A stretch of DNA of 64,000 bases from Octopus vulgaris. Lineage: Eukaryota. Location of the stretch: assembly GCA_951406725.2 (NCBI GenBank), contig OX597814.1, positions 77,500,001 through 77,564,000 of the forward strand, given 5' to 3'. Numbering within the stretch: position 1 is the first letter of the stretch; every line of letters begins with the position of its first letter. Positions 39,698 through 53,477 of this stretch are shown here, in pieces. Under the pieces are notes generated by a model. That model saw only the letters and a program-made list of their open reading frames with translations. It was not told the origin of the DNA and ran no database searches. A program made the translations under genes and the position numbers.

Positions 39698-39803
39698 ATC
39701 ACCCGATGAGATACATCTGCACCACAAGATGCTCCTGAACCAGTTGTTGAGTGTCTCACCCAAGAGGAAGCGATGCTAGATGTGTCGAAACAATTGTCAT
39801 GAT
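39698..39803 (+). ncRNA. Type I HHR-like motif with a large helix II insertion
   Basis: ATCAC-CCGATGA-GATACATCT...AGATGTGTC-GAAA-CAATTG-TC-ATGAT; 9-bp helix II, palindromic ACAATTGT; U4>C and a C.A mismatch closing helix I. Confidence 0.55.
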
Positions 39804-40419
39804 TTATTGTAAATTCTCGTATATTCCATCTTCTGTCTTTTATTTGCTATATATATATAATTTAAAATTTCCAATATTTAAATTTGAGCTACTAATAGTT
39901 CCATACAGTGGAAGCATAATAATTCGGTAGATTTATATATCATTCCCTGACTCTCCAAGCAATCTTTCAGGCTTGAATACACAACATGGCTTGTCATATT
40001 TGAGAAACCAAGAAAGGATGCTGGTCTATGAGTAAACACAAGAAAAATCAAAAGGAGAGTGAATACAAATGGTGGAATGAAAGAAGACAGAATGTGAAGA
40101 CAAAAGATAAGTAGATAATGGGGAAAAGAAAGAAAGGAAAAAAAATAATCAAGAGTTGCATCTCCTTTATAATTAACCAATGGGGAGGAGATCAAAGTCA
40201 GTGAGACAGCATGCTCAATCCAAAGAGAGTAGTATTCTCCTGTTCAATATCTGTGATCTGCTGACATTTATGGTGGGTCTTTATATATTAGATACACTGA
40301 GATCCAAGTTCTAATCCCATAATATTGGTCTATACTGTGACAATGGTTTGGGCTTATCTCACAACTGTGAAGGACATAAATTTGATAAATTTAGAAAAAC
40401 TCTCATGACATGGGATGGA

Positions 40420-41220
40420 AAAAAAATGTACATTCAGTTTGCAAGAGATACAAGTGCAAAGCCAGATACAAAAGGCTGGTGGTTATGGATGTGGAGGAGT
40501 AACTTGAAGATTGAAACAAGCACTTATATGTACAGCATAAGAACAAGCATTGAGGGCAAACTATGTGAAGTGCAGAATTGATAACACAACCGAGAGCAAC
40601 AAATGCAGAAAGAGTGGTGAGAGGGTTGAAAGAGTGTGACACATTGTTAATGAATACCTGAAATTGACACAACATAAACACAAAAGGTGACATGACAATG
40701 TGGCAAGAACGATCTATTGGGAGCTGTATGGAAATTATGGTCTAGAAAGCTCAAATATGTGGTATGACCAAATCCCAGACTGAGTTAATGAAAATGAAGA
40801 CTGCAAAATCCTGTGAGAGAAGCAATGATTCAGTTTGACCACCAGATTAAACATCAGAAACTTAACATTGTTGTAGTGAAAAGAAAAGAAAAAAAACATG
40901 CCTGATGACTAACATAGCATGTTCTGGTGACAACAGCATAGGAGAGAAAGAAGAAGAAAAGGTGAACAATTATGATGAATTAAAGTGGGAAATACACAGG
41001 TTGTGCACAACGAAGAAAGTGAACATGATAACAATAGTGACTGGTGCACTTGGAAGCATATGTACCCATCTATCAACGTGGCTCAAAAAGATTGGAATGA
41101 ATGTAAAGATAGAACAACTACAAAAATCATCATTGCTTGGAACTGCAAGATTCTTCCGCAGGATTCTTGAAGTAAACAAGTGTCACCTTAGTCTGCTGGC
41201 TGTGGGCAGCTGGAGAATTT

Positions 41221-41222
<2 letters not shown>
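40420..41222 (+). mobile_element. R4/Dong-clade LINE C-terminal remnant (restriction-like endonuclease)
   Basis: HDNVARTIYWEL, KILW, IACSGD..IGEKEEEKVNNYDELKWEI, IVTGALG, LQKSSLLGTAR; ends in (ATT)n. Confidence 0.75.
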
Positions 41223-41258
<36 letters not shown>

Positions 41259-41504
41259 ATCATTATTATCATTATTATTATTTCTTTCCGAGACGATGGA
41301 CGTGTGTAAAGCAGCTCCGTAAGTTTTGTGCCAATTTGATTGGTAATTTTTCTAAAAATTTCTACATTTTTCGATATTTGTGTGGCCAAGCCGACTAACT
41401 TCTTGCGAAGCTAGTTAGCTAGGCAAAATTTTACCCCATTGGGGGTAAAATTGCGTTTTGAAATTTGAACATTTTGAAAATTATATAAATACATTTCAAC
41501 AAAC

Positions 41505-43336
41505 ATGGCTATGAAGCGAGCAGTCGGCAGTTCCTTTTTCCCAACACCATACCCTCCGCAAACACACACATTGTCAAAAACTCTTCCAAACCACCCACTT
41601 CGCGCCATAAAAGGCAACAGAGATCCTCCTTCCGACGCTGAAAGCACGTGCACTGTTCGAAAGGAGAATGAAAACCAGGACGTCATTTTTGATGTCATTC
41701 AAGATTTCCCTCCTCTGCCCAACACCAATGCTATGGTACCGAAGGGGGAGGAAGGGAAAGCTATGACAAACATAGACACAAACATGAACAAAAAAAAAGT
41801 GAAGAAAATTTCAACGGTTTTGCTTCCGCTGCGAAGCAGGTTTCGGATGAAGTAAAAGTCACGATAGAGGACATTAAAAATGCAAAGGAATTATTGAGGA
41901 AAGATGGCAATAGCATTTTCCTCAATACTCCACAAGAAGTGATTGATAAAACAAATAAAAAAACAATCACATACAAAATTTTCGATAAAAAATGTAAAAA
42001 ACTAACAAACGCCACACCCCAACAATTAGAAATAGCTCTAAAGCCCATTTGGGGCCAAAAGAGCTACGTAACCAAGGGGAAGCGTTTTGGAACCGTAGAG
42101 GTTCGTTTTCGAACGGAGGAGGAAGCAAGGGCGCATGCCATTTCGCCCTTGCAAACAGAAAATTTGTTACTCGTCCCAACCCACCTTGGGCGGAGAGTAA
42201 AGAAAATAAAAATCGACCTCATCCCCACTGAACTCGATATATCATGGCTGGTGGCAGCTGTCCTCTATGACATAGAGGACACTACCACTATTCTGGATGT
42301 ACAGAGAGTGAGGGAAAAGAACTGGTTAGGAATGGGAGTGCTGCTCCTGGCACAGATTCAGCAAGAAAACATCAACACAATCCCAGATTCCGTTAATTTG
42401 CCGGACGGCACCAGGCTACACGTTGCTGTGGAGGGGCGAAAGCCAAAATGTTACCTCTGCAGCAGCGAAAGCCACCTAAAAAGGGACCGCCCCATTTACA
42501 AGAAAAGAATGGAGGCAAACGGCAAGAGGCAGCAGCAGCAACAACAACATCAACAACAACAACAGAAACAACAACAGCACGAAACACAAAAGGCTGCCAC
42601 ACCACCAACACCATCACCACCACCAAGACGAATGACACCACCTCCAACAACAACCACCAAACCAACACCAACCCCAGCACCAAGAAAAACAACAACTAAA
42701 AAACCAGTAGAAACACCAACACCGTCATCATCACCAATAGACACAGCAACAACACTGCTACCAGCAGAACCAACAGAAATCTTTCGCCCTGCTGATGAAG
42801 CAGACCCAACAGTCATTCCCTTTCCGGATCAAGATAGCTCGGATTGTGCGAGCACTGATACCGAGAAAGGGGAATGGCACACAGCGCCTCCAAAAAAGAA
42901 AAGGAGGAAAAAACAAAAGGACACACAGGGGAAGCACGAACAAATAGTGCTTCCCAACATCAACAACAACAACACACACTCACAGCAACAAACAACAACA
43001 ACACTTTCAACACCACTACTGCCACTGCCACACACACCAACACACACAGACACAATTACATCAATAAACACAAAGAATGAAAAACTAGTTGCGTACCTAA
43101 AAGACAAAACAAGTACAAATATAACAGATTTCGTTATACCAACACACAACACACCACCAGCACACATTCTCACAATAAAAATAAACAAAACAACATATAA
43201 TGAAATAAAACAAGTATTCCCTAACGATGTGGGATCGCTAGGGAAAAGTTTCTCAAAGAAACTATATAAAAATATTGTGGAAGCACCCGTGCAAAAGCAC
43301 AAGGGAGCCACCTCCACCAACAACAACAGTAAGTAG
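41505..43336 (+). CDS. Tx1-like ORF1 (gag-like); frameshift in the A10 run at ~41790; last knuckle Cys reads Arg
   Basis: TITYKIF...YVTKGKRFGTVEVRF...VAVEGRKPKCYLCSSESHLKRDR; poly-Q and P/T-rich tail; start codon uncertain. Confidence 0.72.
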
Positions 43337-43379
43337 AGCCTTTTTTCTCCTTTTATTTTTTTCTTTCCACCTTTGAAAC

Positions 43380-44823
43380 ATGGCAAAACTTAGAATCGGT
43401 TGCTTGAATGTGAGAGGCCTCAGGTCACCTTGGAAACAGGGTCACCTGTTAAACGACCTGAGGTTTCATGATGTGGATGTAGCAGCCATCAGTGAAACCA
43501 GGCTCTCCGACCCGCAGGAACTCGCAGCCCTTTTCGGCGGATACGAGATATTTCTATCTCCGTGTCGGCCGAGAGCGGGCAGTGGTGGTACTGCGGTGTT
43601 GTTTCGGAAGGGCCTGGATTTGAAAATAAGGACAGTCTTCCTGGATCCAGAAGGTAAGTTGGTGGTCCTCGACGTAGACAGTAGTGACGGCGGTGCTTTC
43701 AGACTGCTGGCTGCCTACGCTCCGACAGGAGCAGGGCAGTCGGATTATTTCAAACGTCTGGAAGTTTTCCTGGGAACGTCACGCACTCTAGTGCTAGTTG
43801 GGGATTGGAACGCTGTCTTAGATGAACGTCCCTTGTCCCAACCGCTGGTTGGCCAAGCTGGTACGCCTGCTCTTCGACTTTTTGTGGAAGGGTCAGGTAC
43901 CACTGGTCAGGCGATCCATCTGCTGTCAATGACCGCTGAACGGAGGCCTTGGAATGCCGTGTTTACTGATGCGCAGACATGCGCTCAGGCTGCGACATCT
44001 CAAGTGTTTCCTAGACGGTGAACAGGTGTGGTCGTCTTTTGTCAGACACGACTTTCCGCAGCTCGTCTCTTTGACAGAGCTGCAGACCTGGATCAAACGT
44101 AGACCGAGAAAGGGCGCTTGGCACCTCGAGTGCCGTCAAGCTCTCTCCGCCCTCCGCCGGGCGGGCAATGTGATCGGTTTCAGCTCCACTCTAGCGTTCT
44201 AGAGAGGGTTAGTGGAGGAAAAATGCAACGACGTTCTCAGGGAAACTCTAGGCATTGATGATAATGAACTGAGCGGTCTGTTCGGAAGGACTTTCGGGCC
44301 GGGGCCAATGGATAATTTCCAGAGGTCGCTCACCTGGCAGTGCTACCGAGGGGCTCTGCCTGTTTGGGATAAACTCTACCAGCACGGAAGTGCTGTCAGC
44401 CAGGCCTGCCCGAGGTGTTGCCAGGACGACGAAACCGTTCTGCACGCACTCGTCCAGTGCCCGAGTATTGCTGAACTATGGGTTTATGTCGAACAGCTAC
44501 TGTCACGTGTAGGACGGATCCGGCTATCAGCCGAATCCATAGTGAAGATTGCCCCGCCGACCTCCTTTAACAAAGAGGGCGAGGCTGTTTCCTTGTGCCT
44601 AGTGGCTGTGGCGAAAGAGGTTGTATGGTGGACCCGTTTGAAAGGGCTAAAGTCAGATACTTTCCTCTTTGGTCAAGGCCTCATCAACTTTTTCAAGTTT
44701 CACTTGAAAAGGAAGATGAGGTTAGAGAGGAGAGTGCTGTCCGATAGCAAGTTTTCTGAAAGGTGGGTGAATTGTGTGAGACTGGCCAGTATAAATGGAC
44801 CAATTCTCAGGTTTCGCCTGTGA
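43380..44823 (+). pseudogene. Tx1-like ORF2: partial APE fused to the post-RT and zinc-finger region
   Basis: LNVRGL, ISET and GDWNAVLD, then directly the C-terminal motifs; no YADD region. Confidence 0.85.
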
Positions 44824-45096
44824 TTCAAAAAGGTATTATAAAAGGAGAAAGGGGCTCTCTACCCCACTTTTCGCCAGGCTCCCGTTGGCTTTTATGGGGT
44901 TATTTCCACCAGGAACCTTTCGAAGCGCCTCCCCCTATTGGGAGTTTTTTTCATTGTAACAATCTTTCGTTGTTAAACAGCTTTTACTCGAAATTTTTCA
45001 AAAACGGACAAAACCCTTTGTAACCTTTCGTCCTGTTTTGTCCCTTTATGTTTTCTAATCATGTATGTCAGCCCTTGTGGCCAATAAAAAGAATAA

Positions 45097-45181
<85 letters not shown>

Positions 45182-45182
<1 letters not shown>

Positions 45183-46500
45183 GGCATCCAATTACCAGAT
45201 AGCCAGACATTACAATTATTGAAAGGAGGAGAGAGTTATAAGTATCTAGGAGTATTTTAATCTGACAGAGTACTAACTATAGAAATGAAAATGAAAATTA
45301 AGGAGTACATTAGAAGGGTGAGGAAGCTAATGAAGTCAAAGCTAAATGTTCCAAATCTACTGAAGGCTGTAAATACTTGGGCAGTATCATTATTTAGATA
45401 CTCAGTAGCTTTTGTAGATTGGACAAAAACTGAATTAGCAAAGCTAGACAGAAGAACTAGGAAGGAATTCAATATGAATGGAGGACTCCACCTAAGATCA
45501 GGAGTAGCAAGAATATACTCACCTAGACAGGAAGGTGGAAGCGGGTTAATATCAGTAGAACACTGCATGGAGTTAGCTAGAGTAGATATAAACTCCTACA
45601 TAGGTAACAGTGAAGAAAGTTTATTAAAAGCTGCTAGCCACAGCAAGACAGGGAACCCAAAAACCCAAAGTTGAAAACCAAAAAATAGAACAGAAATTAT
45701 CCGACTGGTAGAAGAAGGCGTTGCATGGTAGATTCCTCAAGACAGTTGCAGCAAATAATAGTAGTGAGACATGGTTATGGTTGCAGAAAGGCAAGCTGAA
45801 AAAGGAGACATAAAGTTTGTTAGTAGCTGCACAAGATCAAGCATTAATGGACAAAAGCCAAGATAGACAAAAACCAAGTATATTCCCAATGTAGGTAATG
45901 CAAATCAAAAGAGGAAAGCTTTACTTATATAGTAAGTGAATGTAGTATGTTGGCACAGAAAGAATATAAGAAAACACATGACAACCTAGGGAGAATAATC
46001 TACAAGGAGTCATGTAGAAAGCTAGAATTGGAACATATTGATAAATGATATGAACATGAACCTAGTAAAGTACTAGAAAGTAAGAAATACAAGATGTGGG
46101 ACTTTAACATTCAGACTGACAGAGTAATAGAAGCTGGACGGTCTGATTTAGTAGTAGATAAAGAGAATAGAAAATGCCAGATAACTGACTTTACAGTTGC
46201 AAATGATGAAAAAAATCAACATGAGAGGTATAGAAAAAATAGCAAAGTACAGGACCTAGACATTGAATTACAATGGAAAGTGCAGGTAAAATGTATCCCA
46301 ATAATTACAGGTGCATTGGGAACTATCCCTAAAGATTTGAATAAATGGATAGAGGAAATAGGCATACAACCCAGTTTAGTACAGCTCCAGAAAACAGTGT
46401 TGTTCAGAAGGTTCTTGGCATCTAGGGTTACCTGTAGCCCGATGTTAGGATTTTTTTTCTTTTCCAACAGTCTAATCTGTTGAGTGTATATGAAAAAATA
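45182..46500 (+). mobile_element. R4/Dong-clade LINE 3' part, preceded by (AAT)n
   Basis: YKYLG, AVNTWAVSLFRYS, LDRRTRK, EGGSGL, WDFNIQTDRVI, IITGALG motifs. Confidence 0.85.
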
Positions 46501-47059
46501 ATAAATGCCCTGATGCTGTACCAGGTGGTGGCTCTCATGGCTTCTCATCTTAACTGATTGGAAGTGTTATCATGTACATGTTTTGTCTTGGTGTAAAAGA
46601 TGGATTACAGCAAATATTCTGCTCAATACTACGGATTTGCTTGTCAGTTGTTTGACCTTAACCAGTTAAGCATGTCCCTCTGTAGCTGATGATATGACAT
46701 CTCTGATCATGAGCAGGTGTAGGTGGGGAGCATCATAGCCATGTGTTGAGAAGAATTCTTTGGGGTTTGAATAATTAACCTCTGGAAACATGGGTGTTTC
46801 GTTCAACATCCTTAAACAAACCTTATTCAGGGATCTTTTGAGCAAGATGGGCTACTCAATCTGAAGAAAATTCTAACTGGGTCACCTGTAAGGTCATGCA
46901 CTGTTTATCTTTATATAAGATCACCATACATATGGTTGTAATACATGTGCCTTGTACACCCTTATCAGACAGGTAGTCATAATGAATATACTGAGCTTCA
47001 TATGTTTTACCCCAGTGTCACTTTGATAGCATGCATTGCTCTTTCACTCAATGATAATA

Positions 47060-48890
47060 ATAAACTAAATTGGAAATATATTTTAAAAAATAACAAGTTG
47101 GAAAGCTCCTGGATCAGATGGTGTTCAGAGATTCTGACTTTAAATTCGTATAGATATGCACAGCTATAAACAACTCCTTCTTTATTGACTATAGAAAATG
47201 TAACACTAACATGGATGACTAAAGAAAAGACAGTGAAAATACAGAACAAAGAAAGAGGAGGGAACTCAGTAATTTATAAACCTATTACATGCTTATTAAA
47301 CTCAAGAAATTATTTAACGGGCTTTATAGCAGATAAACTGTACACTTTTCAGAAGACTCTCTAACAAAGAGGCGCAAAAGGGATACAGAAAGAGGTTAAG
47401 TGCAATTGTTGACCTGTTGCATGTTGATAGCATAATATCAAGTGAGGAAATAATAAGAAAGAAAATCTTAGCTTTTGATTGGATAGACAATAAGAAAGTT
47501 TACAATAATGTTCCACATCGTTTATTCTTTGAGTACCTGGAGATACTTGGGGGTCAATAAAAAGATTAACAGTTTTTTTTTTTTAGAAAAAGCAATGAGA
47601 TCATGGGAAGTAGAACTCAAATATAGAAATGGATCATTGTGGAAATACGAAAATACCCAGGGGAATATTTCAGGTAGACTCATTCTCTCAATTACTTTTC
47701 ATCACAGAGTTAATCCCCCTGATAAGCATACTGAGTAAATTCAGGCCTGCCTCTGCGCTAGTTAAAGCCAGGTGAAAATAAATCACCAGCTATATACAGA
47801 TGACCTCAAACTGTACACATAAAATTAGAAAGACCTGGATTCTCTGATTCAAAGAGTAAAAATATTTTGCAAGGAGACTGGTGTGCATGATCTTTGTTTA
47901 ATATCCACTTTCCATGTTGGAATGGGTTGGACGGTTTGACTAACTAGCAGAGAGCTATCCAGACTCTAGCTATCTGCTGAAGCATAGTCTCTATAGCTGG
48001 ATGCCCTTCTTAATGCCAACTGCTTAACAGAGTGTGCTGGATGCTTTTTATTTGTCAATAGCACGTTCATTTTCTATGCTGACTTGGGTTGGATGGTTTG
48101 ACAGGAGCTAGTCATCTGAAGGCTCCATGTCTGTTTTGCATGGTTTCTGCAGCTGGATACCCATCCTAACACTAACCACTCTACAGAATGTACTTTTACA
48201 CAGCACTGGCATGAGTGCTTTTACATGGCACCAGCACAAGAGCCTTTTACGTGACACTAGTTTGGGATATATAAGTACATAAATTTAATTATAGAGAGAG
48301 GCTGAGACATTAAATCTGATGGTATAAAGATATATGATGATATCATTAGATTGCTGAGAGATAATAAAGGAGACAAGTGCTTAGGATGCTGCAGGATAAT
48401 AATGTAATTAAAAGAGAAATTAAAATGAGAGAACAAGTCTCTGAAGATGAGGAGGTTTAGGAAGGTGCTTGAAACAAAACTAAATGAAGAGAATGTTTTT
48501 AAGACATGCCAGTATTGAGACACTCTGTACCATTTCTAAAATAGATAAAGACAGCACTACAGGAATTAGATAGAACTACACAGCTGTTCACAATACACAC
48601 CACCCTAAAAATAATACCGAGAGGGTCTGCTTACCAAGAAAGGGAGAAGGTTGAGGTTCGTTCAATACAGAAGATGTAACATTGGGTTTGAATAACTATG
48701 TTGAGCAAAGTGAAGAATGAATATTATCTGCAGCTAGAAATATCCAGAAAGAAGAACAGCAGGACAAACAGTTGGACATAGAAGGAATTATCTGATCAAT
48801 TCATGCAACAAACTGAAGATGTTGGAAAGGATGAAAAACAAAGCTGACCTCAGAAGCATTTGAACTCAAAACATAAAAACAGATGAAATG
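47060..48890 (+). mobile_element. Highly degenerate R4/Dong RT fragments interrupted by RTE UTR relics (~47890-48255)
   Basis: NWKAPGSD, NYKPITCL, HQLYTDDLKLY and ELDRT remnants. Confidence 0.55.
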
Positions 48891-49159
48891 CTGCTAAGTC
48901 ATATTTTGTGTGAGGCTGAATCTCGCTGAGATAATGTTATGCATGTCTGTAGAGTGCTCAGCCATTTGTGAGTTAATTTTATCGTTGTGTGGTAATGAAG
49001 TGAAATTTACATCCAATATTTGCTGTGTGTATGTATCCAGGTATGAACTTTTCTTTGGATTTACTTATCTGCTGTCTTGCTCATTTTCTGTTTCTCTTCC
49101 ACTTCCTTTGTGTCCCTCTTCTCTCCTGCTTTTGATTTAACAATGTGTATATGTATCAT

Positions 49160-49813
49160 CCTTTTCACCTTCGGCCCAGTGCGTCCATGCTGCCAACAAA
49201 GCACGCGGAATTCTGTTCTTGATTCGACGGTCATTCGGAATGCTCACAGCAGCCATATTCCTACCACTCTATGTCATGCTGGTGAGACCCATATTGGAGT
49301 ACGGGATTCAAGCCTCTTCTCCTTATCTCCTCAAAGACATACAGCATCTCGAAAGGGTCCAGAAGCTGGCTACCCGCATGGTTCATGGTCTCAAAAATTT
49401 GTCCTATGACGAAAGGCTGAGGACGCTCGACCTTTATTCTCTAGAAAAACGCCGCCGCCGTGGTGATATCATTCTCACCCACAACATCATAAGCGGAAAG
49501 TGTAACCTCTCGAAAGAGCTGTTCTTCACTCCTGCTCCAGAGCGTCGGCTGCGGGGTCATTCCGAAAAGCTCTACCTGCGACGATTTCATCTCAATCGAA
49601 GGAGAGGAGCTTTCTCCGTCCGGGTTGCGGATCAGTGGAACAAGCTGCCTGACGAGATGGTGAAGATGCCGACGACCGCTTTGTTCAAAGCCTCCCTTGA
49701 CCTCAAGTGGCCTGAACTCTTTACATGAACACCACCCTGTACTTAACTCCATGTCCCCCTACATGGCCTTGCTATTTGCTTTTGAGCCAAATTAACTAAC
49801 TAACTAACTAACT
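49160..49813 (+). mobile_element. CR1-clade LINE 3' fragment with (AACT)n tail
   Basis: LYVMLVRPILEY, LERVQKLATRM, SYDERL, RRRRGD, RGHS, FSVRV..WNKLP in an open frame 49219-49728. Confidence 0.88.
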
Positions 49814-51555
49814 ACTTCTCTTGCGATGTGATAAACATTTAAGAACACAAAATGAACGCCGTCACCACTCACTGTCTCTTTCTCTTTCTCTCTCACTCTC
49901 TTTCTTTCTCTCTTACGTCCTCTCTGAAACATTTAAAAACACAAAATGATCACTGTCATCACTCACTGTCTGTTTCACTCTATCTCTCTTTCTCTCTCAC
50001 TTTTTCTATCTCTCACTCTCTTACTTCCTCTCTGTCCGCTCTCTCGTTTTGCCACTTCTTTGATGTAAGTGTGACACACACAACAGGTACATATAAAAAG
50101 AAAAAAGTTAGCTTATTGATATTATTGAGAAGAAGAAGAAGAAGAAGAAGAAGAAGAAGAACGGTTTCAAAGTTTGGCACAAGGCCAGCAAGTTCGAAGG
50201 AGGAATTGATTACATCAACCCCAGTAATCAACTGGTACTGATGGCTTGGGTTAATCAAAAGGAGATTGGGAAAATTCACCAACAAAATTCCAGAAAGCAT
50301 TATCCTACAAGAATTATATGCTATGAAGTGAGCTGTCCTCAAAGCAACATCTACCTTGCATAATCTTGGTTTGAACCCAGTGATATGAGATGAAAATAAG
50401 AGATATAAAAATACTATAACTGTTTTTAACATAAGTTCAAAACCAAAAATTTAGTGTAGAGGTTGATTAAATCAACTTCAATACATGACAGGTGTCTTGT
50501 TTTATCAAGCCCAAAACAATGGAAGGCAAAGTTGACCTTAGTGGGATTTCAGTTCAGAATGTAAAGAACCAGGAGAAAAATCACAAAACATTTTCTCTGG
50601 CTCTGTAATGGTTCTGCCAATTCACAACCTTCAATAATAATTGCTTCTAATTTTGGTACAAGGCCCATAGATTTTGAGGGGAGGTGTAAGTCAATTACAA
50701 CAATCCTGACACTTGACTGGTACTTAATTTTATCAACCTTGAATGGATGAAAAGCAAAATTAGCCTTGGTAGGATTTGAACTTAAGTTGTAAAGAGCTGG
50801 AACAAATACCACAAGGTATTTTTTCCTGATGTTCTAACAATTCTACACAAAAAGCCAACTAAAACAAATCTTGAAGGTTGGCTGTCACTCCTAAGGGGAC
50901 ACCAAACAAAACCCATGAGTCAACAAAAAAAAAATTAAAAATACCCCATCCTATTACTAGGAGTAAATCATGAGAACCAAGAATCTCCACTCCCAGCCAC
51001 AACTACCCAAGACAAGAAGAATTACCTACAGAAATAATGTCAATGAGAAATGAATGATCAGGAATCAACCCCTTTAACAGATTTTGATGTATTCTCTGTA
51101 GATTTTCAGGTGTAAGCTAGGCAACTATATACGATATGGTTGGTGGTTTCTTCAAAGGTTCATATACCCTACACGTTTTGTCTATGCCATCATTGATGGA
51201 GCTGTAGTGGTATGAACTGGTACTAAGATAGAGATATTGGGTGGCAATGATATCGTTATTATCATTCCTTTTGTATGTCTTGTTTTATATCCAGTGGAAC
51301 CAGCTCCATTACATCCAATCCTTCCTTCCCAGAACTTCATCCCTCTGGAATTCTTTCTCTGCCTATGTTTTTCCTGCAGCTATTAACTTGCAAACTATTC
51401 AAAAGAAACATCAGTCAAGTCGATCTAACCAGACTGGGAGCATAACCCCTTCCTCTAAATTCAAACAAATGCACAAAACCAACCACAAGAGCAAAAGAAC
51501 AGTAACTGCTCACTACCTTTGTTTTCACCACCAGAACCAGTGAGAGAAGGAACCT

Positions 51556-52274
51556 TGATGAAGTCACTTGACCAGCCAGAAATAATAGCCAAATCTCCCT
51601 AAAATCATTAAAATACACCCCTAAAAATTACGAATGGTCATGATCGGAATGCCTTTTATCATACGTCTGCTGAATCGAGATGAATATTTTGGTAAACAGG
51701 AAAGGGCTTCTATACATAATCATTCAATAGCAGCTGAAACTCCACCAATTTATACTTCACGGTCGTAAGAAAAAAAGATACATTGTATAAAGGGTGGGGG
51801 GAATAAAAAAATATTAAAAAATGTGGTAATCACAACACCAGGAAGAGACTGGTTGGGCATTGGATGAAAAGCAATATGCTGAGTGAGCAATGTATGTCGT
51901 GGTGTGAGCGGTATGAGAATCTTTATATTGATAAGTTGTTAACATCTAGCATGCTGTTTTTATTTTTATTTATTTTTTTTCCGTTAACGGATGAGGATCT
52001 TTATATTGACCGATAAATATGCATGGTTGTAAATGTGGAAAGCACTCGGTCGTTAGGTCCACTACATACGTAGGTGTTAAAAGTTTGCTCCTTCAGCTGC
52101 TATTGAATGATTATGTATAGAAGCCCTTTCCTGTTTACCAAAATATTCATCTCGATTCAGCAGACGTATGATAAAAGGCATTCCGATCATGACCATTCGT
52201 AATTTTTAGGGGTGTATTTTAATGATTTTAGGGAGATTTGGCTATTATTTCTGGCTGGTCAAGTGACTTCATCA
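51556..52274. repeat. 183-bp inverted repeat (51556-51738 / 52092-52274) with a 353-bp spacer
   Basis: Arms appear identical when read by eye; no TSD evident. Confidence 0.9.
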
Positions 52275-53477
52275 TTTATAAATAAGGACTCTACTTACCC
52301 GGAATGCTTCTTTGTTTACTAAAGTTTCGATTAACTCTGATCATGGAAATAACCAAAAAAATATTCTAAATAGAGACTTATTTGCTTTACAAACAATATC
52401 GATGTTTTATAGATATTAAATATATTGAAAAGTAACTTTTCAAATTGCTAAATTTGTATTTAATATCAGTAACGAGTTGTTGTTAGTAACGGTCTTATAG
52501 CGGTGTTACATGAAATCAAGTTCCACGCGATCCAAATTTTTCCATGTTACATTAACATTTCACATTTTCTACAATACATTATTCTGGCGAGTGGAGCTGG
52601 ACTAATGGGATGCAAACTATTCAGTTGATATGTATGTGTGTTTGTGCACGCTAGATAAGAGTTGTGAGACTATTGGTTTGATTTTCCTCTATATACAAGA
52701 AAAGAAGGCTAAATTCAGAATACATTTTCATTTTCTCATATATATCTTTATTGGGAACCAAAAAATTAAAAGAAAACTTTACAAACTGTCCAAAGTTTTT
52801 GTATCGTAAAATTTTGTACTTCGTTCAGATAAGTTTGTTCCTCATTATAAATTGTTACTCGAAGCACATGCAAACAAATAGCAGCAGTGCATCATATGTT
52901 TAAAAATAAAAGCTTTGATAATACCGACTGCTACGAACATTATTTATAAATGTTTTGAGAAAGGAAAAAATGTGACTATTTCCTTCGCTACTACCAAATC
53001 ACTTCCCTAAATGTGTGATTACCAATATATTTTCAACATAAGTAGTCCATGGGAGACAATTCTGCATGAAACCTTAAGTTAAAACTGTCACACTTGACAT
53101 GAGTACATCCTTCATAGTTAGTTTGCATTTTAGCAACATTGCATCCAAAGGGCTTCACTAATTCTAAATAACTTAGAGTAAGAATTTTTCTTTTAGTTGT
53201 TTTTATCGTAGCATTTGTTTAAAAAAGTCTCCCCAGCTATGCAATTAAGAAGTTCACTTTTTATTCATATGGTTCCAGGTTAATCCCACTACTTAACATC
53301 AACCATAGACTTAAACAATGCAATACTTCGTGGCTAGAACTTGTAGATGTGTTTTTTTCTTAGAGTTTTATTTAGTTCTTCTCAAGAGAGTTCCAGCCAG
53401 TCACTTGAACAAAGTAACAAAACTTTTTGAGTTAAGAGAGTTCCCTTTGTTTGTAAATTTGTTGAATTGGTATACTC

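Larger units (their letters stand above)
41282..45097 (+). mobile_element. Tx1/L1-like LINE, apparently complete at both ends but with the RT domain deleted, inserted in (ATT)n
   Basis: 5' UTR, ORF1, APE start, deletion junction at ~43825, post-RT FLWKG...GGLGMP and CPRC...ETVLHALVQC; (ATT)n on both sides. Confidence 0.85.
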
